Source: Amoebophrya sp. A120
Taxonomy: Eukaryota > Protista > Dinoflagellata
DNA length: 36,719 nt
Direction: 5' to 3'
NCBI GenBank assembly: GCA_905178155.1
Contig: CAJINV010000010.1
Location: 997,837 to 1,034,555, forward strand
The position numbers were made by a program, and so were the translations under genes. Positions within the stretch are counted from its first letter, which is position 1. The number at the start of each line of letters is the position of its first letter. Below are positions 1 to 10,500 of the stretch, one piece after another. The notes under the pieces are model-generated. The model did no database searches and was not told where the DNA came from. It worked only from the letters and a program-made list of their open reading frames with translations.

Positions 1-190
1 GGGTACACAATTCGGCGAGGGTACTGAATTTGCCAAATCGGGCTAGGGCACAAAATTAGGGAGATCGGGATAGGGTACAAAATTCGGGGAGGGTACAAAA
101 TTAGCCAAATCGGGGTAGGGTACAAAAGAAGGCGAATCGGGTGAGGGTATGAAATTAGGGGAATCGGGGTAGGATACCAAATTGGCCAAA
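1..190. repeat. Degenerate tandem repeat of 18/27-bp units (GGGTACAAAATT..AATCGGGGTA), truncated by the window start
   Basis: GGGTACAAAA-like words recur at short regular intervals. Confidence 0.75.
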
Positions 191-321
191 CCGCGCAGCC
201 TTCGACAGGAGGGCTTTGGCTCCCGCGGTTCTGCTCTTCCGGCGCTAGACAAAAATACCCCCTGCGACCCCACCAAACCCCTGCTTTATATATCATTTTG
301 TCAACAGGACGAGGGAACTAC

Positions 322-1275
322 TGGCACGCTGTTCACACTACATTCGCTTGGTCGTTTCTTTGTTCTCGTATTATTAACGCAGAAGCACCCGGCGCTAAAT
401 GTAATCGAAACGCAATTCAAATGAAATTCAAAAGCTCAGCAATTTCAGTTTTTTCGAGTAGTAGAGTCGTAGTGATAGGCTTGCAATTATAATGCGTTGC
501 ATCAGTAGCCCTAGCCCTTACACACTAGATTCGCAAGCGATTTTTGTGCTCTTTGCGAGCATGCTTCTTTTCGAGTATTCCAGTCACACCGTCGAGCTTT
601 CGCCTTCCAGGTAGATCGCTTATTAGTGCCTTCACAGCTTGTGTTTGACCATCGGCAACAAGGCCGGCTTTCCTTCTCTGATGGCCTTTTAGCTAGGGTC
701 TGCCCTTCCTCTTGCCTATCTAGTCCTGCGCGCGCCCCTTTATCGTAGTTCTTTACCCTCTCGGCATTTGTGCAGGAGAATGAGCTGCGGCATTTGCACA
801 TCTTGATACGGTAGCGATATTTGCACGCTGTTTCGCCACTGTGGGCGAGCAACAGGCGATCTTGCAGTGAACAGCCCCGCAGGGGAAAGACCTCGTCTTC
901 CCTCATCTGATAGAGATATGTAATAGCTGGCCGGATGTACGTCGGCTTCTGACATTTTTCATGCCTAGACAGATGCTCTTCTCTGCTTGAAAGCCAGCGC
1001 TCACCTGTTTCACGGCAAGGAAGACAGACAAATTTCCGCCGCCTGCAGTGTTTATCTGCTTTGCGTATGCCTTTAGGAGCGGGCCCTCCACCTTGAGAAG
1101 CAGTGGCCTCGCTTGGTACCACAGCGACAGCGGCGGCCGCTCAGGTTTTCGCCAATGGGGCGCCGGCTCCATCGAGACGGAGCTGCCCGGATTTATTTTC
1201 TAAGACTTAAAAAGAGGGCTTTGGTTCTGGCACGCTGTTCACACTACATTCGCTTGGTTTCTTTGTTCTCGTATT
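322..1275. repeat. Pair of ~50-bp direct repeats at 322-372 and 1227-1275
   Basis: CTGGCACGCTGTTCACACTACATTCGCTTGGT(CG)TTCTTTGTTCTCGTATT occurs twice. Confidence 0.85.
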
Positions 1276-1569
1276 GAGCTCTTCGTTCTTCTTTTTGACG
1301 AGAGTGATTCATTGTTTTCGTTTTTATCGTGATCGGGTGGGCGTTGAGGAGTTGTCTCTTTCGCAGTGAGAGAAAGGCCCGCGCATAGACGAAGTGCTTC
1401 CACCCCGCCGCGCCTCACTACCATAGATCTGAGAAAATAATTATCCCCAGGGTTGAACAAAGCAAGCACACAGTAACTAAGTAGTTAATCACCACGACTA
1501 CCACCGCACCGCAGAAATCGAGAGCAGGACGAACAGCACTGCATCACAATACAAAAGTAACCTACAAAG

Positions 1570-4500
1570 ATGACTGAGGACACGGCCCCTGTGTCTCCTC
1601 CGCCTCCGGTGCTTGATCACGAAAATTCCTCTCCTGGACGAGAGCAGCAGTTTCAGAAAATGGTTACCGATGGTGCAGCAGCTGAAGGAGGTCCTCATGA
1701 TCTTCTGGACGAGATCGTGGCGCAGACCCAGCAGCTGCTGTCTAGTGCCAACATCGAGAAGCCTATGGAGAGAAAAAAGTTTGTCACAGTCACTAACTTG
1801 CAGGTTTTGCACTACAAATTTTCTCAGCATCACAAACTTTCCTTGTGTTGCAGAAACACTAGGGAAATCCCTCATGAAGTTTGGCTGTGATGCATTTTTA
1901 CGCATGACAAGCAATTTTGTATTGCAAGAATGCGCATGAGTGATCGCGACGAACTTTTTTTCCTTGATAAAGCCCCGGCTAACCGCCGACCGCTTGAAGA
2001 AGCCGCCGTTCCTATTGAGAGGAAAAACCCCCCATCCCCATATTGAAAAGGTATGTTTCATCCGAAAATGTGTGTAGTTGCTGATTTGTGACCACAAATC
2101 AGGTTTGTCTTGCACGAAGACAAGTGCAGAGGCATCCGCCCAATTGTGAAGCGATTTGGCACGCTGTTGGTCCTAGATGGTAGCCGTTTGCAATGCTGAG
2201 CAACTAGACCCGAGCGCTGCCACCCAGGCTGCGGATCTGGCAGGAGTGCCGCACTGCAAGACAAGTCGGATTTGTGTACACAAATCAGCAACAGAAATTT
2301 TTATTTTGATATGGGGAGGGGGGATTTTTCATTTTGATAGTTCCGCTTTCTGTTTGATTTTTTGCACGCGCTAATCGAGAAATTCCCGGAAGAGCTCGAG
2401 GACCTCAAGACTTCGCTACCAGTATGCATTGCAAATAGTAATTGCTAATCGTAAGTAGTATTTATTGCAATACAAATAATTAGCTCAGCATGACAGAGGG
2501 AACTTGTCATGCCGATTTACCCTCCTGAGCAAGAGACTTGTCATGCGTGATTGCGATTACATACTTTTGCAATGCATAACCAGGAGGGGGCAGCAACTCG
2601 TCGCAGCCCCAGCTTCCGAACAGCAAGCAAGAGAAGTGCGATTGGCTCGACGCGTGGATCATTGCGGTCATGCAAGCGATATGCATTGCAAAAGTATCGT
2701 ACTCGTATGAATGCATTACAAATTTCCTCAGCATGAGAAAGAAAAATTGTAATGCGGATTTACCTTAACAGCAAGACTTAGTGCATGTTTGCAATTACTT
2801 TTACTACGAGTGCGATACTTTTGCACAGGATAAGCGAGCGCGGACCGGAACCCCTTCGAACCGCCCTCCTCGTTGAAAGTGGTATGCGGGCAGGAGGCGG
2901 AAAAGACAAATTTGCTGTTGCAGAGAACCTGGGACATGTGCGTCCGGAACAAGGAAGAGCTGAACAAGCCCATACCAGCAGGTATACTTGTAAGTGTAAG
3001 TGTATCGGGCAAGTAAAGGCGGAACAGCTGCGGCTTTGAGTTAAGTATTTTCATGCTGCAGCCAGCAGAAGTAACTACACCACACATGATACAGTGTCGT
3101 ACGAGCAATTCGTAATTCTTATACCAAACAATTTCAGATGACTTCTCCGCCGCATTGGCGACCATGACCACGTACAACCAGAAATGGCTGAACAGCAAAG
3201 AGTATCCACTGCAAAAAATAGAAACCCGGGAGGTCTGGCGGAGATGACTTGCGATGGTGCGTAGTCGTGGACGATGACCAAATCTTTATGTCTTCGGGAA
3301 AGTGGTCAGCCTAGCATGGGAAGACACGCCGTTCTTGGCACGGTTTCGCATGTAGTGCAGCGCGTTGATATTACACTGCATGAAGACATCAAAGGCAGCT
3401 GTGCTTCTGTTGGTCGTTACGCACAACAACCCAAAAAATTTCACATATAGCACCATACCGTGCAAGAGGACTAACACAGTGGAAGTTCTACCAGTCTCCA
3501 GGGCCAGCCTTGTACATATTTGCAATGCATAACAAGTACGAGAAAGTGCAGAAGATCGAGATGCCGGTAGATCTGGACGATGAGAACAGCGAAGAGGAAA
3601 TCGAGCATTTGGACAACGAGGACGATCATATGATCCAAGAAAAAAACTGTGCTGATGCGTCTTAGAGTTGTATTAGCATGACAAACTTGTTGCCCCACAT
3701 GACAGATAAAGTTTGTCATGCACAACGAGTTTAACTACGTGATGAAAACACACATGAAAACAAGAGGATATCATGGATGTCTGGCATGACAAGTGTGATT
3801 GTTTTGCTTTTTCTGCATGACAGACTTTGACTTATACTTACACAGCTTTTTTCATGCATAGACCACACGAAGACACTAGAAATAGATCCGGACAGAATCA
3901 TCGCGGAAGAAGACTCAGACGGGGAGATTTTGACAAAAGAGGAGCGTGTGCGGAAACAAGCCAGGGAAGATTTGCAGAAGGATGAGCGGTTCGCGAAAGT
4001 GCAAAACCTGTTGGACGAAATGGACGCGGTTCTCGGTTCGGACGACGATGACGGGAGGAATAACAGAAACACACGAGCAGGTGGGTCACAACAGAGTAGA
4101 ACTACTGGGTCAACATCTTTACCACACAGCCAGGTCGCGGCACCAGCAGCACCACTAGACCACAACAACTCCCCGCACCTGATGATGAATCGCAAACTGC
4201 ACCAGCAGGAAGCCGCCAGCTTCGCCCAGCGCCCGGAGAGCCGGGGGGAGCGGCTGCGACCGAGCAACCAAATGCAAGCGTATTTCCAGCAGCAGCAGCA
4301 GCAGATGGGGCACCACCTCCAGAGTGGTCAAAATATTGTGCAGAGTCGGATGGGAGGAGCCACACCAGCAGCATACGAAGACAACAATTCCTATGGAAGC
4401 GTCAGGATTGAAATCGTCAGAGTTGAAATAGTTTGTGATGCATAAAACGCAACCCACAAAAGGCCTGTCTTGCAGAGTAGGCAAGTTAGGCAGATTGTAA

Positions 4501-7500
4501 GCCTGTTGAGGGGTAGAAATATTAGAGCTGCTAAAGTAGCATCACAAAAGGCGCCTTCCTTACCCAAACAGCATGACAAACTGGATTTCGGTTCTACCCA
4601 GATTTGTCATGCGCCACTTGAAAACTAGGGGCCAACTGGTATTCGTTTTATGCATTACAAATTGTTTCAACTTTGTCGAGTTCAATCCTGACACTCCCAT
4701 AATTCCAAACTGCGGCCGTACGAGGGGAGCAGCTCTTCCGGATCCGGCTCGGAGTCGGAAATCTCCGACGCAGAGTCGTCACCAGAGCGGATGCGGCGGC
4801 CGACGCAACCACGTGGTAAAAACAACTATCCGGGGTCCTCGCTCGATTCCGAAGGACTGTCTTCCGCCTCGCCAGCCGCAAGGGGAACAAGAAACGAAGC
4901 GCGCAATAACAATAAGTTCCCGAAATCAAGAACAGCGGGCGGCGGGAAAAACGGCGCACGGATGATCACATCTATTAGTATTGGTTTTTCTCGATAAACC
5001 TAAGTGTTGGCCTAAGTGAATCCTAAGTAAAACCGAAGTAGTCCCTAAGTCTTTTTCCGGACTCGTGGCCGACGCAGAACCGCGGGAAAGTGGACCGGAA
5101 GAGGGCTCCAGCGGAAAGGAAAATCCCGCGGAAGCAAAACAAATTGGGGCGTATCGGCGCGGTGCAGGTACGTTCCGGCGGGCAAGATTATTGGGACCTG
5201 CTTAAAGAGAAAAAATAACAAGCGGCGTCCTGTTTGGCCGCGCAATGCAGGGGAAAATGCCGCGGGGACATGAAAAAAAGAGCCGGGGCACGAAAAAACT
5301 CGCGAAACTAGCCAAAAAACAAAAGGCGCGCGCAGCGTGGAGGGTGCTCCGCGCGGCTTTGCGGGCGACCGTCGGAGCTTGTGGATGCGTCGCGCGCTGC
5401 CCCGCCGGCGCCCCCGGCGCTTTCCGCCTGGAAGCCATTCTGTGGCGCTTTTTTGTGTCGAAAATAGCAAAAAGGGTCGCAGACTGAAGAAAAAAACTCG
5501 CAAACTCAAGAAAAAAGGTGGCAAACTGAAGAAGAAAAGTCGCAAGCTGAAGAAAAAAAGTTGCAAACTGAAGAAAAAAGGTGGCAACCTGAAGAAAAAA
5601 AGGCGGCGGCGGAGGGGCGCAAGGTACGGGGGCGCTTGCCGGGCGGCCTCGACAAGAGCCCGCGGACGCCGCCGCCACGGGGCCCCGCCCCCGGGGGGCG
5701 CCGAGGCGGGCGGGCCGGAGCCGTGTTCTGGCAGCCCTCCCGCCCGGGCCGCCTTCCGCGTTTTTTTTTTGGCGTTTTCGCCTTTTTTTTTCCGCAAAAA
5801 CGACAAAGCGGAAAGTGAATGGGTGCCTGTGGCACTCGGCAAAAACAGGAAGGCGGGTGGCGGAGTTCGGCCCGCAGCCCTCTGCAGCCAGCGGGACACA
5901 CGCCGCCAGGGGCCCTGCGCCGGGACGGCCCCGCGGGTGCGTGGGTTTCCCGCCGACGCGAACCCAGCATGGCCGCCGAAGGGGGCCGCGGCCGCTTCTT
6001 TTTTGTTCGCCCCGGCTTTTTTTTGCTGATTTTGCAGAAAAACTGCCCAGAAACGGGAAAAAAAGGGGCACCCCAGGCCCCCCGAAAGCCCAGGCGCCCG
6101 GGGTGCCGGCCCCGCCAAAGAAGGCGGAGAGACCATTTCGCGCTTTTTTTTGCCGTTTTCGCAGTTTTTTTTCGCGTTTTGCAGCTTTTTTTGCGGTGTT
6201 TTGCATATTCTGTTGCGTTTTGCCGGTTTTCATTCGAGTTGTTTCCCCCCAGCCAATGGCAGGCGAACTTTTTCTCCAACAATTGGCGGGAGGAAACTCG
6301 GCCGAAAATCGGGAAAATGCAAAAAAAAAAAGCAAAACGCGGAAAAAACCAGCAAAAAACGCGAAAAAAAGCTGCAAAACGCGAAAAAAAACTGCGAAAA
6401 CGGCAAAAAAAGCGCGAGGCGGTCTCTTGAAATTCCACAAGCAGCGCGCGCCTGTTCCACGTCGCAGCCAGGCGGAACCTGGTTGCCACCTAGGAAGCCG
6501 AAGCTGGCTGGGGCCTCCGTCGAATTGGGTGCAAAAATTGGAAGTGGAAGTCTCCGGCAAAGTCGAAACCGGGAGAAAAAATCTCCGGCAAAAGTTGGAA
6601 ATCCGGAAAACCCTAAGTGAGAGCTTGAGTGGGACCTAAGTGAAACCTAAGTCAGACCTAAGTCAAACCTAAGTCAAACCTAAGTGAATCCGCATGGTAT
6701 GGCCTAAGTTTCACTTAGGTTTCACTTAGGTTTCACTTAGGTTCCACTTAGGTTTCACTTAGGTTTCACTTAGGTTTCACTTAGGTTTCACTTAGGTTTC
6801 ACTTAGGTTTCACTTAGGTTTCACTTAGGGTTCCACTTAGGGGCTCACTTTTTTCACTTAGGTTTCATTTAGGTTTCACTTAGGTTCCACTTAGGTTCGA
6901 CTTAGGTTCCACTTAGGTCTCACCTAGGTTTTTCCGAATTTTCCAGCTTTTCCCGGAGATTTTGCCTTCCATTTTCGACTTTGCCGGAGATCTTTCCTTC
7001 CACTTTTTACTTCCAGCTCGACGGAGGTTTGACGCAGGCGCCAGCTTCCGCTTCCTAGGTAGCAACCAGACTTCGCCTGGCTGCGATGTAGAACAGGCGC
7101 GCGCTGCTTGTGCAATTCCGAGACTTTTTTTACCATTTTCGCAGTTTTTTTCTGCAAAACCGGAGAAAATAATCGCGAAAACAAAAAAACCTACGCGGGC
7201 GCCGGGGCCCCGTCAGCTTTCCGGATTTAATGTCGTGGCCTTTTTGGATTGTGGATTTTTGCGCGCGCGCCACATTTTTTGGCGTAAAAACCGAAAAAAA
7301 AGTGCTAAAAACCGAACAAAAAGCGCTAAATCGAAGAAAAAAACGGCGCCACGGCAAAATTGCTGAGACCCGCGGGGGCTTTGTGTTTTTGGCGTTTGCA
7401 ATTTTTACCCGCGCGGCCGGCGCCGCGGGCGGGGCGGGCAGCCGTTTGACCCTCCGGGGCCCCGCTGGGCTAGGTTTTGCATGTGGCCAGTTGGTTTTTT

Positions 7501-10500
7501 TTTGTGTGTTTTGCGATTTTTTTTCGCGTTTTGCCGCTTTGTTTGCTGTGTTTTGCATATTTTTTTCGTGCTTTGCCGGTTTTCAATCGAGCTGGCCCCC
7601 CCCCTCAGCCAATGGCAGGCGAACTTGTTCCCCAACAATTGGCGGGAGAAAACTCGACCGGGAACCGGGAGAACACCAAAAAAAGCAGCAAAACGCGAAA
7701 AAAAGCTGCAAAACGCGAAAAATGGCAAGTGCCCAGCTTGCGACGGGGCCGCTTTTGTTTTTCTTCCGCGAACGGGCCCTGGAGCCTTTCCAACTTTCCC
7801 AAACAAGAGGAAAAGTCGCAAAAGTTTCAGCGTCCGTTCGTGGGGGAAGAATGCAGCTGGCTGCGACCGTAGTGCCACTGTGTATACGGCGTCGGGCGGC
7901 GGCAGTAGGTGGGCAGCCGGTTTGTTCTCTCTCCCGCAGGCGGGTGTTGGGGCGCTATTTTGCAACTTTTCCAGAAGGGGGTGGAAAAGTCGCAACAGTT
8001 CCAGCCCGCCCGCGCGGGGGAAAGAACAAAATGGCTGCGGCCGTAGTGCCAACTTGTAAGCGCTGGCTGCCACACGACGGCACTACGTGGGCAGCCATTT
8101 TGTTCTTTCTCCCGCAAGGAGGGGCTGGGGCTTTTGCAAATTTCCCAAAAGCAAGAGTAGCAAACGGCCCAGCTCTTCTCTAGTGCAAACGCCGCGCAAA
8201 GAATCGCATCGCGCGGCGTCTCTTTTCCTTCTTTTCCCCGCTATGTCGCTGATTCGTAGGCGCGATTTTGCGTCGGGCCATTGTCGCGAAATTCATTTGT
8301 GTTGGGTCTAGTCTAAGCTGGTTGGCATGTTGGAAAGAAGACCGATGGAAATGCGCAGAACGCATCAAAATGCCATCGGTCTACGTATGGCAATCCAAAA
8401 TAATCAGAACAGAATCCAGATACTAAGCGGCTTTTGAAGCGAAACACGAGGGGAGTACACTTAGGAATCACTTAGGTCAAATAGTCCTTTATTGAGAAAG
8501 TCCACTAGTAACATCTAGTACTAGTTCCGCGCATGACGCAACAACTTTTGGTGCGCCGGGCGACGACGATTTTTCGGAGGAATCTGACCACGGGAACGAG
8601 ATCGTCTTGTCCGACGACGAGAGACGGAAGAAAAAAAAGAAGGAAAAACAACGGCAGCAAAACGTCGGCCAAAAATTTCCGCAAGCGAGAAGTGAAAATA
8701 AACACCAGCGGGCGCGCATGGTGGCAGAGCCGATTGTCACGATAGCGGACGCGAACGAGCAGGAAGAAAAAGAGCTTATGCACTGCAAGAGCATCGTATT
8801 GGTATTAGTATAAATTGCATCACAAATTTAGCTCAGCATGAAAAATTGAATTTTTCATGCTAAATTACCTAGGAAACCAGATTTGTCATGCTAGTCTGGC
8901 ATTTATACGATACTTTTGCACAGGATAGAGCTCTTGGAACAGCAATTGATAGATCTGCAAGTAGATGAACAACATGCGGAGCAAGATTCGTCCGGATTGA
9001 CTTTGAACGAGGATCTATCGCAAGAAAAAACTGTTTCACTGTGAACCTGTGATGCAGAAAATGGAACACAGAACTATTTGTCTTGCTACACCTGCAAGGC
9101 ATTGGATTTCCCCGCGTGTTTTCCCTTGGGAAGTGCGCATGACAAATTTTCAGCGTCATGCGTATACAAACTTGTGATGCAGATCTTGCAAAATCATCAT
9201 AGTGAAACACTTTTTTCGTGGGATAGGACCCAGACACCTCCAACCTAACGATTGCACCGGGAGAGGGGGAAGAAGAGACTTTGGTGTCTTCACCACAAAA
9301 GCAGCTGCAAGGGAACAACAAACAAGGACACCAGAACTTGAAGCACATCGAGTCGGAGCCCACTAACGTCGGCACAGATGTTGGAGAAGATGCTCTTGCT
9401 AGTGCAGCAGACTATGAAGAAGTAGAGAACTGTGTTGACGGCACCTCTCCGGGCGGGGGACACCGACAACGAGCAAAACAACAAGGCGATGAACAAGAAA
9501 ACAACGCACCGCCAGAAGACGAAGAGCAGCAGCTACAGCAGCTCGACCTCGCGAGTTTAACCATCAGCTCAACGGTGAAAACCATTTCCGAAGAGGCTGT
9601 CACCCGCTACGCAGGGGAACAGTTTCTCAACCAGCTACGACAAAATCTGGAAAACTACGTGACTTTTGTCGCAAACGCGCCGGTATCAAATGCGAATATG
9701 TCTGGGTCTGGAAGCGTTGTGCCAACTTGTCATGTTAAATCTGGATGATGCGAAAATCTGTGTTGCGTAAAAATGACCAATAGCTGTGCATTTTGGACCA
9801 TGTTGAGAGGGAGTTTCTCATGCAGGGTAGGCATGATACAGATCTTACAGAATCTGTCATGCTAGTTCCTGCATTCGAGACCTCACGCGTCATGGAAAAC
9901 TTGCATGACAGGTCTTGCATTCCGTCGCAGCCGTCCCAGACGTCCCAGACGCTGTTGTGTTTGTCTTTCGATAGAAATCGCGTTGTCCAGAGATTTCTTC
10001 TAGAGTTTACCGAGTATGTGGCTACAGTTTGTAGGAATAGTTTACGAGGGGACGCCCAGCCCTTAGCCTTCCAACATGACAGGTCTTGCATTCATCTTCC
10101 AAACCCAGACAAATATTTGCATTTGATAGCCGGCCAGCAGCCTGGTGAAGCAGGTGCAGCTGGTTGAGAAAAATAATGGAAATGAGGAGGAGGATGAGGA
10201 AGAAACAGATAAAACCCCGGAGCAAAGATTTTACCAGCAGGCCGTCGTGGTGTCTATGTTTCAGCAGATTCTTCTCGGTTTACAATTGCACACACGGTTG
10301 TTGAGCTCATCTGGTGGAGCCGAGCAACAAGAAATGATCACGGAAGTAATCGCAGGTTCTTTGTCGGAGTTCGGACTGGTGGAGGAGTTGAAAGAAAAAG
10401 CGCTTGCGAGTTCCTCTTCTCCCGATGGTGCTGGTTTAGTGGACCAGCAACTTGGTACAGCAATTAGAACAACTTCTTCGCTGCTGCATTATCAAATGTA

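Noticed and set aside
6611-6928. Telomeric repeat or CRISPR array
   Set aside because: The unit is an 11-mer (TTTCACTTAGG), not TTTAGGG or TTAGG. It has no spacers and lies inside an element.
8091-8103. Dinoflagellate spliced-leader relic (AGCCATTTTG)
   Set aside because: Only a 10-nt match that lacks GCTCAAG; it is explained as one arm of a local inverted repeat with ~8021-8038.
5045-8183. Long ORFs of 200-450 aa on both strands
   Set aside because: They are overlapping low-complexity K/F/R/A-rich frames produced by A/T tracts and GC runs inside the giant element, with no transposase or other motif.
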